A stretch of 63,567 bases of DNA, filler included, from Reticulomyxa filosa (GCA_000512085.1; 27 parts of 27 records of this genome joined end to end with filler, not necessarily neighbours in it); one strand, 5' to 3'; positions 23,961 to 37,889 are shown, numbered from the whole stretch's first letter. Numbers and translations are program-made. Notes: a model not told the origin generated them from the sequence alone.

Positions 23961-24508
23961 TTAAAATGACTTTTTTTTTTTACGATATATTCAGCAATTT
24001 TTATAGCAGATTGAATTTTTGCTCAAATACTTGAATATTGAATGATTACGCTGCAAATTTTGATAGAAACTGCAGGAAAATAGGGCAATCAGCTGCGTGA
24101 TGATCACAAAAGTTTTGGTGGTTAAATTGAAATGATAAAAGTATGCATTTTCTATCTTCACCTAAACAAATTTAAATTAAAATTATTGCTTCGATGTTGA
24201 AGCTTGAATGTTTTTTGTAAGTATTATTTAGTACTGAGTTCACTTTTGAGTGAGGTGCTTGTTTTACAATATTTTCCTTTATCAATTCAACAAATTACAT
24301 TCTTCCACGCTATAAATAAAAAAAAAGTCCGCAATATTACATAAAATATATATATATATATATCCCCTTGCATCATCGTTGACTAACTAAAATTCAACAG
24401 GGGTAAATNNNNNNNNNNNNNNNNNNNNNNNNNNNNNNNNNNNNNNNNNNNNTTAATTAATTAANNNNNNNNNNNNNNNNNNNNNNNNNNNNNNNNNNNN
24501 NNNNNNNN

Positions 24509-24981
24509 GATGATGATGATGATGATGATAATATATTATTATAAAATAATTGAGCAGTCATTGGTGTAAAAATTCCAGAAATAAGTGGAGTAATTTGATA
24601 TTGAAATGTAATAGTTTGTTGTGATTTTAAAGAATCAAGAAAATATTCAATAATATCTTTATGAATATGATCACCAAATCTTTGAAAAGAATTCCAATCC
24701 CATGTATCTCTTATTACTAAATTTTTTGCTTCACTTGTTCCTATATTTGTTAATTCATACATTACTGTAAAATTATATCCAACACCAAAATATCCATTTG
24801 TTCCTTCTATTATTTTTCGACATATTACCCAAGGATTGTCATCCAAAAAATAATCATTCACATCCACATTACTCTCACTCCATGTATCACCACCTAATAC
24901 CATCATTTTTCTTTTCTTTCCAAATTCCGTTAAGGAAAAGGTCAACAAAAAGAACCACCAAATGTTTACCAATCCAAGCAT
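24509..24981 (-). CDS. TRAP-beta (SSR2)-like protein, copy 1, cut by contig end
   Basis: Hydrophobic N-terminus, then RKII...NFTVMYELTNIGTSEAKNLVIRDTW...QYQITPLISGIF...AQLFY, matching the TRAP-beta pattern (TVxYxIYNVGxxxAxDVxLxD). Confidence 0.65.
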
Positions 24982-25582
24982 CTTTTATAGTTAGGTTTTT
25001 AGTTTAGTAAAAGCAAAAGTAATAGTTCTTTCACCACTTATTACAGCAAACGTACAAGATTAGTTCTTTTTCTTTTACCCTTTTTTTTTTTTGACTAAAC
25101 TTTTCTGAGTTTTAGTTGGCGCTTTACACCATAGGAAACTTTTATTGCTTAAAAGAACACAATATAATTTATTGTTTCCAATTTATTTATTTATAAATTA
25201 GTGTTGTGCTTTTTGAATGTTTGAAAGCAACTTCTTCAAGTGCGGACATTGTATAAGATTGCGGAAGCATACCTCCATTTTCTTTATCTTTGAGATTCCT
25301 TATACTTTTGTAAGTCGTTTTTATTTTTAGATTAAATGGTATTTGTGGAACAACCTTGCAATTTTAACTCGCTAAAGTAATTTCTTTGGTAAATTGTTAT
25401 AAGTTACAGTTTTTTAAATTAAATGAGAAAAAATAAAAACTTAAAAGTGACGAACGTTACAAATACGTGCAGCTAAAAAAAAAGGGTAAAAGAAAAAGAA
25501 CTAATCTTGTACGTTTGCTGTAATAAGTGGTGAAAGAACTATTACTTTTGCTTTTACTAAACTAAAAACCTAACTATAAAAG

Positions 25583-26055
25583 ATGCTTGGATTGGTAAAC
25601 ATTTGGTGGTTCTTTTTGTTGACCTTTTCCTTAACGGAATTTGGAAAGAAAAGAAAAATGATGGTATTAGGTGGTGATACATGGAGTGAGAGTAATGTGG
25701 ATGTGAATGATTATTTTTTGGATGACAATCCTTGGGTAATATGTCGAAAAATAATAGAAGGAACAAATGGATATTTTGGTGTTGGATATAATTTTACAGT
25801 AATGTATGAATTAACAAATATAGGAACAAGTGAAGCAAAAAATTTAGTAATAAGAGATACATGGGATTGGAATTCTTTTCAAAGATTTGGTGATCATATT
25901 CATAAAGATATTATTGAATATTTTCTTGATTCTTTAAAATCACAACAAACTATTACATTTCAATATCAAATTACTCCACTTATTTCTGGAATTTTTACAC
26001 CAATGACTGCTCAATTATTTTATAATAATATATTATCATCATCATCATCATCATC
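25583..26055 (+). CDS. TRAP-beta (SSR2)-like protein, copy 2, identical translation to copy 1
   Basis: The ORF track gives the same translation on opposite strands. Confidence 0.65.
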
Positions 26056-26172
26056 NNNNNNNNNNNNNNNNNNNNNNNNNNNNNNNNNNNNNNNNNNNNT
26101 TAATTAATTAANNNNNNNNNNNNNNNNNNNNNNNNNNNNNNNNNNNNNNNNNNNNAAAAAAAAAAAAAAAAG

Positions 26173-27344
26173 GATGGAAACAAAAGATAGTGAATGTTGG
26201 ATACATTTCAATGGATTGGGCGAATAGCAATCCTCTGTACATTTACATTGCAATCGGCGGAGGCAGCGTAGGTGTGATCCTGCTGGTATTTATGCTGTTA
26301 TTTTTATGGGAAGTCAAAACGTATGGCATTTACAAGTACATTCAACGAGATGACCAAAAGGCCAGAGATCACTACTTTTATTCCTTTGTCGGCACCATCA
26401 TTTATGGTCATGGACAATTTCATTCTTCCAATAACAAAATATCTATGGTTAACTCATCTTGCTTACACTTTTTATTGCACTTCCGATATACACACTAATA
26501 TATATATATATATGTATATGAACAGATAATGAGACTACTGTGTGACACAATATTTTTGGTGATATGCGACAAATTGGTAATGATCCTTTGCTGTACGAGG
26601 GATGGGAAGTGGCGAATGGACTCGGACGTGACATGTTGGACCGGAGAACATTTGAAAATCGGCACAGTTGCATTGATTGCATTGGCGTATTACATTCCCT
26701 TTTGCATAATGGTGGCTCCAATGTTTGTCGAGTTCCCAACTCCGTTAACTGGGTCGTGCAAAGACTATTTGTCGCTCACTTCGACGGTGGAGTTTATCAA
26801 GCCTTATCTGTCGGTGATCACCTTGGCCAAATCATTTATGTTAGTTTCGACTCAACTTTTAAGTGAAGGAAAGCCAGTGGGCACTGTCTTGTCTCAACTC
26901 TTTACGTGTCTGGCTCTGTTCATTGCCACCGTCCTTTGGTCGTGGAACAACTTGAATCTGCAACAATACCATAAAGTATTCATGCCCGTGTTCCCGTACG
27001 GCGTGTCTATCCTCAAATCCTTGGGCTTTTTGGCAGGTATCATTGGCTCCATTGTTGAGTTGCTGTTTGTTTATCAATCCCTACCTGGCTCCATGTTTGG
27101 ACACAAACTCAGTCAGGATTCTGCTGATATGCAATACTTGTTGCTTATATTTGCTCTTGCTTGTATCTTTGCTGCCCTGTTTTTCTTCAAGGTCAAGCAC
27201 ACTGTCAAGAAGAACAATCAACTTTCTTTGCAAGACAAGCAGGTTTTGTTGACTGGATTTGAGCTTCAAAATTTGTTGCATGTTTATCATAATGTACTTT
27301 ACATTGTCTTTGACTCGGTTGCTGGAACATGGTTTTGGAGATAA
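26173..27344 (+). CDS. Multi-pass membrane protein, C-terminal part (at least 2 exons)
   Basis: Several hydrophobic helices and a LxCT..MDSDVTCWTGEH extracellular loop typical of protist multi-TM receptor-like proteins. Confidence 0.7.
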
Positions 27345-27574
27345 CAACGTGTTTACATTTACTTTTTTAAAATTCTAAAGTCAATAGATATGTAATTAAA
27401 TAAAGATAAATTTGAATCAAGTTGTTATTACCAAAGTTCTTTTACACTACCCCTAACAAAAAGGACATNNNNNNNNNNNNNNNNNNNNNNNNNNNNNNNN
27501 NNNNNNNNNNNNTTAATTAATTAANNNNNNNNNNNNNNNNNNNNNNNNNNNNNNNNNNNNNNNNNNNNAAAAAT

Positions 27575-27605
<31 letters not shown>

Positions 27606-27609
27606 TTGA

Positions 27610-27883
27610 ACTTGTTTCGTGAGTCGACGTTGGCTTGCTGGCTATGTAACAACTCCACTACAGCCAAGTGACCATATTGACAGGCAAAGTGCAGAGCCGT
27701 GTTGCGAGTTGCATATACGCCGTTTACACCTTCGTCGATTGTGCTTACTAGAGTTGGGTTCGCTTTCAATAAGTCACGACAAGCTGCTGTGTTTCCTGTT
27801 CGTGCGTAATGAAACAGTTGTTGGGCTGGGTCCAACGTTGACAACGTCTCTTCTTCCGTCACAACTTTTTCTTCCATATCCAC
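27610..27883 (-). CDS. Ankyrin-repeat protein, first exon
   Basis: LFHYARTGNTAACRDLL and NTALHFACQYGHLAVVELLHSQQANVDSRNK. Confidence 0.9.
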
Positions 27884-28849
27884 TTGATATATATATATGG
27901 AGACTATTCAAATAAAACTCGTGTCAACTGCCAAGAGAATAATTCTATATGATTGAATAACAAATTTTTTTTCCCCCACAAACAAAAAAAAACTTGTTAC
28001 AACTAACCCCTCTATTAAAACAATTGTGTCTTTTTATCTTTGACAAACAAATTTTTTCAATACATACTAATTTCTTTATTGAATCAGTTAAATAGTTATT
28101 GAAGTAAGTACATTTTTATTAACAGAGGTGCTTAAAAGCAGACCTCCAAGGAAACAGCAAGTTTACCTTTTTTTTAAAAAAAAAAATTAAGGGACTCCTC
28201 TTAGTTTCCTTGCCCCTGCAATATCCAAAGTAAAAAGTTAGGATTAATGTTGAAATACGAAGAACGTGAGCTTGTGATCTCGGTTTCCTTAGCTTCTGAA
28301 AGTAATCTTTGTTTGTGTGATTGATTCTAGCCAACAACCAAAGTACTCTGTTACGTATATTCATAGGTAACCTTCCAAACGAGCAAAACACATATTCTCC
28401 CACCCAATCGGAGACAGATACCCAAAGCATCAAAGGTAGACGATCCACCCAAAAAAAAAAAAAAGAATATATATATGTATATGTATATACATACGATTAA
28501 AATTATACGTCACATTGTACGTTTCTAATGTGTTATGTTCCCCTAAAAATATGTATCCCTCCCTTGCCTGCCCCGAACTAATGTACAGACAGTCGAAAAC
28601 GGGGTCTTTGCTTACAGTAATAACAACCAGTTTTGACTTGTTTTGTATGAGTCATCATTTTGGAGATTTGTCAATCCCAAACATGCAAATGTTTTTGTTT
28701 TTGTTTTTTTTTTTTTTTGGAGTTTTTTTTTTTTTTTTTTTTTTTCAAAACACACATCCCCTCTTTCTTTCTTCTGAGAAACCGCAAGAAATTTCAAGCA
28801 AAGTTTTTTTTTTTTTTTTTTTTTGGAAAAAAAAAGTTGATAGTTGAAT

Positions 28850-30480
28850 TGAACTTTGGACTGTTTGAAGTGTGGAAACAGCTTCAATAAACCATCTAGA
28901 ATACAGCCAAGAGCTCTCGTCGCACATTGGGACGCCCCCTCCACTCAACAAAGCTGACTCAAAGGTAACACCTTCAAACATGATAAGTATGGGATGCTCA
29001 CAAATATATATACATAATACATATACATATATATATATAAATGTATATGCATATATACATATATACATTTATATATATACATATATCCCAGGACGATGAA
29101 CACAAGCATGGACCAGTGTTGTTGTTGTTGGAACCAACCAAGTCAGACCCGGCATTGGCAGGAAGTGTAACTGAGAATGAAAAGTCGGTGTCCACCTCCA
29201 AGCATCACTCGCACGAAAAACTATGTGGTGATTGTAAGGGCCTGTTGCCCGGCCAAGTGGTGTTTCCTCTCACCTACGATCTGGAACAGGATTTAAAACG
29301 CTCTGCACAAGAGTTAACCAAACAAAACAAAACAAAACAAAACAAAGCAAAGCGAAACAAAAAAAAGTGAGGGCTCTTTTTTTTTTTTTTTTTTGTTCAA
29401 AGGGTAATATATAAATCGCCATATAATAACAAAACAAAGTGGAAAAGTAAGTAAGTTAGTGTGCAAACATGTTCAAAAAAAAAAGATATGAAGGCAACTA
29501 TGCACCAATATTGAAACAACAATTTGAAAAAACGTCGATCGAAACAAATCCAAATGTAATTGACGATGCCACGCTAAAGCTCTCTGTACTTCAATTTAAT
29601 ATGCTTGCAGATTCGTTGTCCAATGCTTACAGTTTGCATTTACTAACAATAACTCATTTTATTTAAAAAAAAAAAAAAAAAAAAAAAAAATTATATGTAC
29701 ATAATGTATACGTGAATGACAGCGGAAGGCAGCAATGCGAAAGAATTTATTGGAGTGGACAAAGAGTGTCTGACATGGTCCTATCGAGGCCTGCGCATTG
29801 TGGAACTGCTGCATGGGATGAACACGGACTTGTTGTGCGTCGAGGAGTGCGACCAAAGCGAGTTTTTGACCAAGTATTTGAGCTCGACGTACGAGTGCTA
29901 TCACCAGCCCAAAGATAAGGCCCCTGCACGTCATGTCATGACGCAGTTCCAAGAGGAGCGGAAAGACGCGTTGCCGCCAGACTTCAAACTTAATAACGAT
30001 GGCATCTTCCTTGCTTTCAAAAAAGACAAGTTTGAAAAGATTGGAAGTGTAATTCGAATCAAAGACTCAGAAAATGAGGTTACGTATTATAAAAGTTTTT
30101 TTTATATATACATATATATATGTATATCCTACGCACACATAAATGTACATACAGTTACAAGGAAAATCATATGTATGTATGTATGTTGTAAACGTCTTGC
30201 ACACTTGGCTTGAATTTGGCAACATGATAAGGAAGAAAGGAGGGGAAATCATATGATATAAATACTTGCATAGCATCATGTCGTGGGCTTGGCCTTACAT
30301 TTGAGAGAAAAACAAAGTGGAAAAAACAATGAATTTGTAATCGTTGGCACGCATTTGAAATCGGAAAAGTCGGAAGAAGGAGAGCAAATACGCCAAAAGC
30401 AGGTTCGGTGGCTGCTTGATCATTTCTCCAATATTCGCTTGCCTATCATTTTAGCATGCGATCTCAATGCAAATCCCAAA
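28850..30480 (+). CDS. Nocturnin/CCR4-like EEP phosphatase, multi-exon, partial
   Basis: EEP motifs in order: SVLQFNMLADSL, LTWSYRGLRIVE, DLLCVEECDQ, NNDG, GTHLKS, PIILACDLNA. Confidence 0.85.
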
Positions 30481-32014
30481 GTTAAAACAATCGTGGTTTT
30501 TTGTTTGTNNNNNNNNNNNNNNNNNNNNNNNNNNNNNNNNNNNNNNNNNNNNTTAATTAATTAANNNNNNNNNNNNNNNNNNNNNNNNNNNNNNNNNNNN
30601 NNNNNNNNATCAAGGCCAACACTTCAGGAATCACGCACTCAGTTGTAGCTTCTTTGGCAACAGCATCAAACGTGGTAACTAAATTCTAAAGATGGAACGT
30701 GACAGAAACAAAACAAACAAAAAACATTGTAAACAATGGTTTAAAGATATATATAAAAAGAAAGATATAGTTATAACGTAACTACCAAACGGTCCATTAT
30801 TTTCACTGTTTGGGAAACGCTACCTTTTCCACAAATTTGGGCATTTCATCAACAATCCATGTTTTGTCCTTTGTCAATCTGTTTTCCCCCCCAAAGCAAG
30901 ATCAAAAAAAAAAAAGATTAATTAATGATCAACAAAAAGTCCTAGATATTTTTTTTTTAAAAAAAACATAACGGCGATTTGGCAGCATATTTCTTATGCA
31001 ATGGACACGATGATTTAACTTTCATCGGCGTTTGCATCTTCACAAACTCCCCTCTTTCCACAGACACATCAGCTCTCTTCAATTATTTTATCTTGAACTT
31101 TGCCAAGGACACAATAAACATTGGACAATTTTGGACAATGCACAATTCGAATTTGATCTATCACATACACATTCAACATACAAACTTTTTTAAAAAGGTA
31201 AAAAAAAAAAATAAATATTTATTGAAATAAAAAAAATTTTCAGAGTTGCTATTGTTTTCATGTCTCCACTTTAGGTGAAAACAAACAAAGTAAAGTCAAA
31301 GAGAGTAACATTTTCATCAAGATAAACATCAAAAAAACAAGACATAACTTTATTTCCGCACTTGTTCAAATTCTATTTTAACCTAAAACTATGGTTCTTT
31401 CCCTTTGGGCGAAGTTTAAAAAAAAAACTAAAAAAAATTTATTATTATTATTTTATTTCGAAAGTGTTAGAAGAAAAAGAAATATTTTGTGTTTGTTATT
31501 TTAGTTTAATTTTGTTTTATGCATTTTTTTTTTAAATAATACTACTTAATTTACTAGATTGCATTGTTTAAATTCATAAGTGATTATGCTCAAAAAAATA
31601 ATTTTATCAAAAGAGTCATTCATTCCCATTATACAAATGTAGGACAATCCCCTATTACACATGGCTGAACTCTTATTGAACTGAGGAGCTCCCGTTGGAT
31701 TAACTTCTCCATCAACTTTCTTTACTTCTTGTTTTGTCTTTCTTCTTACTATTGAGTTATTCATTTTAGTTATTCAGTTTACTTTGTTTTATTGAAAGCC
31801 AATCTAAATTCGAGTAAAACCTTTTTGTATTACATTTAGTGTATCTCTCTAATACTTGACACCTCCACATCATTACTTGAATAGATAAAAAAGAAATTTA
31901 CNNNNNNNNNNNNNNNNNNNNNNNNNNNNNNNNNNNNNNNNNNNNTTAATTAATTAANNNNNNNNNNNNNNNNNNNNNNNNNNNNNNNNNNNNNNNNNNN
32001 NAAAAAAAAAAAAG

Positions 32015-33483
32015 TGTCATTCAGCAGAACGTCCATTAGTGATAATTGCGAAAAGCATTGGAGGGGAAGCACTAAAGTTTTTGATACAAAACAAAGTCAA
32101 TAACAAAGTAAAAGTTTGTCCGTTACGATGTCCCGGCGATGGTGACTACAAAAAGTATTTTTTTCAGGATTTGGCGGCGGTCACTGGAGCGAATCTAATC
32201 ATGGATGAAGTGGGACTAAAGCTGAAAAATGTCCAGCTGGCCGACTTGGGCGAATGTAGACGCATTGTTATCAATGAAAAAACCACCACGTTAGTCGATG
32301 GCCGCGGCGATGGGGAACAGATTGAAAATTTGATTCAACACGTCAAAGAGTTGCTTAAACAAGAAGACATTAAAAAGCGAATCAGATTTTGGGAGGAGTT
32401 ATATTTAAGAATATTAATATACATATATATATATATATATGTATATGTACATATATGTATATGTGCATACGTATATATAATGTACTCAGGGACCAAATGC
32501 TATGTTTTGATTATTTGTGGACAAAATAAAACAGACGAATAAGTCGATTGCAAGGAGGCGTGGCAATAATTCGAGTGGGTGGAAACAATGAAATGCATAT
32601 TAAAGAGAAGAAGGATCGCATAAATGATGCACTGAATGCAGTGAAGGCGGCAGTTGGAGAAGGTGTGACAGTTGGGGGTGGCATGACGTATTTGTATTGT
32701 TCGATATTTTTGGATCGTTATTTTCAGGATAAGTATTTGCAACTTGACAATGAAGATCAACGATTTGGCGTTGAAATTATACGCAAAGCCTTGAAGATCC
32801 CATCGACACAGCTTTTGGAAAATGCCGGGGAAAATGCTGGATTTGTCATCTTTTCCTTATTGGAAACTGCAAAGGAACAGCTCTTGGGAACGCAACAATC
32901 ACCTCTTCAACACCCTACAGATTTCAAACATCCTAACTCGGTCTTGCTTCGATATATTGATCAATATATCCGTGCCAGTATCACCGAGGGTCAATTGAAA
33001 GTCAACCCAAACAAGTACACTGTTCTCAATGAATTGGATTATTCTTATCGTCAAATGCATCAAAATTATATGACTGAAAACAATCCAAGTAGCGAAGAGT
33101 TTTTGTCTGCTCAAGCTGTAGACTCGATTTTGAAGAATGAATTGATGGGACAAGTAAAAGAAGAGTTGAAGCCTATTTTCTCCAAGGGATATGATAGCCA
33201 GTTCAAATACTGCGACTTTGTTGAAAAAGGAATTATGGATCCCTTCAAAGTCTGCAAACATGCATTGTTAGATGCATCTTCGGTAGCTGGAATGTTAATC
33301 ACCACTGAAACTGTCATTTCGGAAATTCGATATCCTGATTCTGGAGTCCCCGAACCATATCGTGGAGAACTTATGTCACAAGATGAGTTTAACAAGGTAA
33401 GGGGCCCACTACCAGGTATGTCCGAAGATGAGAGCAAAGAAGAATTTAAACGATTATCCCACAAATTCAAACCTTCCTTTTAA
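32015..33483 (+). CDS. Divergent group I chaperonin (Cpn60/Hsp60), 3' half; exons 32015-32397 and 32535-33483
   Basis: RPLVIIA..GEAL, DLAAVTGA, LADLG, ERISRLQGGVAIIRVGG, EKKDRINDALNAVKAAVGEG..GGG, ENAG, GIMDPFKV, DASSVAGMLITTE. Confidence 0.92.
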
Positions 33484-34103
33484 ATGTCGATCGCACTTAT
33501 TGTACGAGTAACCATTGTTCCTACTTAATTCCAACTCTTCATTTTTCATATGAACCAAAAATATTTTTATGATAAATAAAAACAAAAAAAAACACAAATT
33601 TGATATTTTTTGATTTAATGTATTGTGACGAGTCTCTTGTTCAAATTGTTTACGCTTTCAAATGCACTTCTATTCAGACAAATCTCGTTTTTTTGTAAAG
33701 CTGATTTGCTAGGAGACAGAAACGAAACGTTTGAGTGAACAGATATTCTCTCAAGAAAGCACTCAAACAGCATATCACCTCATGCCTGTCACAAACAAGC
33801 AAGAAACTGATACCATCTTTTTTTTTTCTTTAAATGCAACGTGAATTATTTATGCAAGAAATAGTTTTGCTTCGCACAAGGAAAATAAAGGTTGAGCTAC
33901 ATTTGTGAAAGGGTTAAAACAACAACAGATTGGCACATTGGCAATTCTTTTTAGACAAACACAAACATTTAATTGTGCACAAAAACTGGTGACATTGATA
34001 AATACAACCTTTGACAGTAACAAGCGTCTGTTGTCGACAATTTTTTTTTTGGAAAAAAAGAGGAAGAGGAAAGAACAGAAAGGCAATAAATTCTTGTAAT
34101 TCA

Positions 34104-35596
34104 TTAGTCGATATCTAACTCAGAATCGCTGTCTTCATCCTGCGAATGTGTTCTGAAATTTTTGCTTGTGTTGTGTTGAATAGTCGTTCGAGTTTTGTTG
34201 GTCGATGTTTTTTTGTCGATTGTTTCTTGTTCATCTTCAAATTCATCTTCAAGTTGTCTTCTGGGTTTTGATGGTAAATATCCGACAGGAGATAATATTC
34301 TTTGTCTGCACAATTAACAAAAATATGTTCCCAGATGTGGTTATCGTATTTAACTTATTAAAAAGGAGAATATGAGATGGATAGGGAGAGGAAAAAAAGT
34401 AAATAAAAACAAAACTCAATGAAAAATTGTTCCACTTTGACAGGGGTCAAAGGAAGACCGACCAGTTCATGACAAGCAATAAAGTTGTGTTTCTGTTGGC
34501 CCCCTTGGAATACAATAATAGTAGGTAATCCAACCTCAGGATAGTTATCCAAGCCAATTCGATCACTTCGTGCACGTAAAAATTTGACATGAGAATAAGC
34601 TTTTGCAACTTCCTCTAGGCAATCATTCATTCGTGCACATCTTTCCAAATACTAACCGTGAGGTAATGCATTGAGGCAATTATCGTTGTGTCATATTTAA
34701 AAAAAAAAATTGATTTGTTAAGTGGAATAATTATTTCGACAAATACATTAAAAAGATAGACACCAAGACAACATAACGTCTTGAAACACACTGACGATGA
34801 CCAACAATTTCGGAGGAGCTTTATAAACCTCACTTTCAAATGTCCAAGCAGTTACCTCATTCATCGTTCCAAAATTGGGTGCATGCTCATCTAATATTTT
34901 CATTTTTTCCATTTTGTATGCAAGCATCGCCTCTTCATCGTCATCGTCTTCCTCGTCCTCTTCATCTTTATTTGCATTTGCTTCTTTTTTGTCAGAAAAA
35001 AAGTCTTTTCTGTGTATTCGCATATTTCAAAACACAACGTTGCTATTGACACGTATCAAGAGTAAATAGAAGGGGGCAAAAAAAAAAAAAGGGGAGAAAA
35101 AGGTCGTCCCCTAAATACCTGGCTGATTCTTTGTTTTTGACAGCGGGTTGTTGTAACAATTGAAATGGCTTCACATATTGACCGGAGTCGACTTTCATGT
35201 ACATTTTCTTTTCACGAGCGAGTGCTTCTTGATGCCGACGAGCTCGCATCTTCAATCTGGCTTCCTCGTAATCCGTAATTACTCCCTTTGGTCCTGAATG
35301 ATATGTTTTACGTCCTTGTCTTGCTGCTTTTCTTGGCTCTTCGTGCACTGGCTTTTAATTTTTATTATTTTGTTGGTGTTGTGTTTGGGGTGGATAATTT
35401 TGCTCAAAACTGGCGGTCCTGCGTCCTGGAATTTTGCTACTTCCACATCGATCTGTTCACCTCTTAAATTAGGATGGCGCTCCGTCAATTCATCAAATGA
35501 GACCATATCTCCTTCTTGCATAGCTTCTTCGGCCTGTTCTTTTGTCAGGCCTTCTTCTGAATCGTCATTTTTATTTTCAAATTGTATATCTGCCAT
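34104..35596 (-). CDS. Phosducin-like protein (PhLP1 type), multi-exon
   Basis: HSGPKGVITDYEEAR phosducin N-terminal motif and thioredoxin-like domain CARMNDCLEEVAKAYSHVKFLRAR...GLPTIIVFQGG; acidic C-terminus DEDSDSELDID. Confidence 0.88.
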
Positions 35597-37889
35597 GTCG
35601 TTTTTTTAAAAACCCCTAAAATTTAATGTTTTAAATCCGACTCCGTTTTTCAGGTAAAATGCACGCTTGTCAAAGACAACAATCTTTGAGCTAGTTATTG
35701 TGGGACGTCTGCTGATAGTATTGGTGCACTAACTGTAATACGAAAGATGCTTACTTAAAAGAGAATATGAGTTTTCGTAAAACGAAAGTAAATTAAATAA
35801 TAAAATAAAAGAAGTAAGTTGTTGATGAAGTTTAACCTACTGTGGATTCCTCCGTTTCCTTGACGTTCAGATACTTATAATAGTGACTTGCCACACATTA
35901 ATGTGTGCAAACTTATGAAAGCTTGTGTTTGAAAATCAAACACTATGTGTCAATGTTGGGCCTGTCCACTCCATTCAAAAATTGGTGTTATTTATTTTAA
36001 TCTCCATTTTGAATTTTTTTTATGATTTTTTTTTTAAACAATATGAAGGGAAAAATGATAAAAAAAGAAGCAACAAATACACATCAATGAACCAACATTT
36101 CCAATGTAGTGTACGTTAAAGGAAAAAGGAGGCGAAAAAAGGGATTGAAGTTTGTCAACGAAAGAAAAAAAAAGAAATAAATACAACAAAAAAATAATTT
36201 GTTGAGTTGGTTATCCTTTGGGAAAACCGAGCAAAAATGAAAACAAAAAATAAAAAATAAAAGTGCAAAAAAAAACAAAGCTGAAAAGGAACTATTTAAA
36301 TGTTGGTCTATGATTTACTTTTTGTGAGTAGCAACATGACTAAACAATTCAAAGTTGGTTCTCTGAGTGATCGAATCCGATTGATCTAATCGCTCTAGCA
36401 AATTACTCGACGTTGCAGCTACTTTGAAATCCTTTTCACAAATTTCGAGCAAACAAAATCAAGTGACATTGACACACAATTTTTTTTTAAAAAAAAAAAA
36501 AAAAAAAGGAAACTGGAAAGTCAACAATGGAATGATCAAATCGGGGTTTTTTTGCCTTTGGTAAGTTGACATCTTCATTTTCATTACGAAAATCGACCAA
36601 TGGCAAATCCCCTCTTGCATTCCATCCTCTCTTTCGTCCTCTCGGTCGAGATCTCGCTTTTAGTTCTTGTGTCTGTGTCTGTGTTTGTGTTTGTGTCTGA
36701 TTTTGTGAAGAGTCTTCTTGCTGTTGCGATGCAACATTCATNNNNNNNNNNNNNNNNNNNNNNNNNNNNNNNNNNNNNNNNNNNNTTAATTAATTAANNN
36801 NNNNNNNNNNNNNNNNNNNNNNNNNNNNNNNNNNNNNNNNNGATATCGTTTTATGCGTTCAGTTTTCTTTGCAACATACTGTAATACTAAACCATTATTT
36901 GGTCTTTATCTTGCACTTGTTATTGCTAATAAGATAAACAATTTGCTCTTGATTTTATATTTGATGCTGTTCCATGTCCATCTTGTAACATTTTTGTACT
37001 CTTAATATGATCTTTTGGTGGTATTGCTAATGATATCCTACAACTTCTTCAAAATTGTGTTGCGTATTTTAAAACATATAGTCAATTTGCGTTTCAACTG
37101 ATTGCTTGAAATGTATAAACACTTTTTCTCTATGATCACCACTTCCAACATTTTTAGTATCACTTTTATTCGTTTATTATGCATATTTTTACAAACAAAT
37201 ATCTTTAAGATCTTTTGTTGTAATGTGATTAGTTTTCTGTTAAAAAGGTTTAATGTGCTATTTCCTTTTGAAACAAGGCGTGCAAACTTGGTTTGCAAGT
37301 TAGCATTAATACCTTGTTTTATGCTTATACGCTTGGTCCTTGTATAACAGTTAGTTTATTATAACTTCCTCCCAGTTGTTGAATGCAAAAAGTTTATTTT
37401 TTTCAATCATTATTTTAAAGAGTTAACAGTATTTATACCAATCCGCATGGCATGATATTGAGATCAATTAAACGAGTGAAGTAAAGTTAGTTTATCATTC
37501 GTAGATAATCTGTTTTTATATTCCAAATCAGAGTATCGAATGTTGGGAAATTATGTTTAACAAACAACTAAGCGTACCAGTTAATTGGGACTTGGATCCT
37601 ACAAACAAGTGCCTAGTTTTGGTTAGCAATGTGTCTCACCCAGACGGAGTTTGTTGCAAATTAAAACTTGAAAAGACATCAAAGCTAATCCAAGCTTTTC
37701 TTCACGTTTTTGAAAGCTAGACAACTCGTTCTAGAAGATGCTGACACAAAAACACAACAAGAAGCCACAGCACTTGCTGAAACGAAAACTATGGCAACAC
37801 ACTCGCGTGTCTTTATAGCATACAACTTCGAGATTCACACAAAATCTTATAACGACCTTCGAAAAGATCTTTTTGACGACATTTTGCGT

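Larger units (their letters stand above)
24509..26055. repeat. 581-bp inverted duplication (24509-25089 and 25475-26055) around a 385-bp unique spacer
   Basis: The arms are reverse complements; both end in the same (ATC)n tract at the contig ends. Confidence 0.95.

Noticed and set aside
32866-33186. Intein in Cpn60
   Set aside because: No C-terminal His-Asn followed by Cys/Ser/Thr and no recognisable splicing blocks.
32015-35596. Functional cluster of Cpn60 and the phosducin-like gene
   Set aside because: PhLP serves the cytosolic CCT chaperonin, not group I Cpn60; convergent adjacency is most likely chance.
37560-37885. Diverged extra copy of the modular repeat (TCAGCATCT, CAAACTCC, GTCAAAAA..TTCGAAGG on the minus strand)
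   Set aside because: Only short words match, and the region starts right after the USP-like stop codon, so it may simply be 3' UTR.
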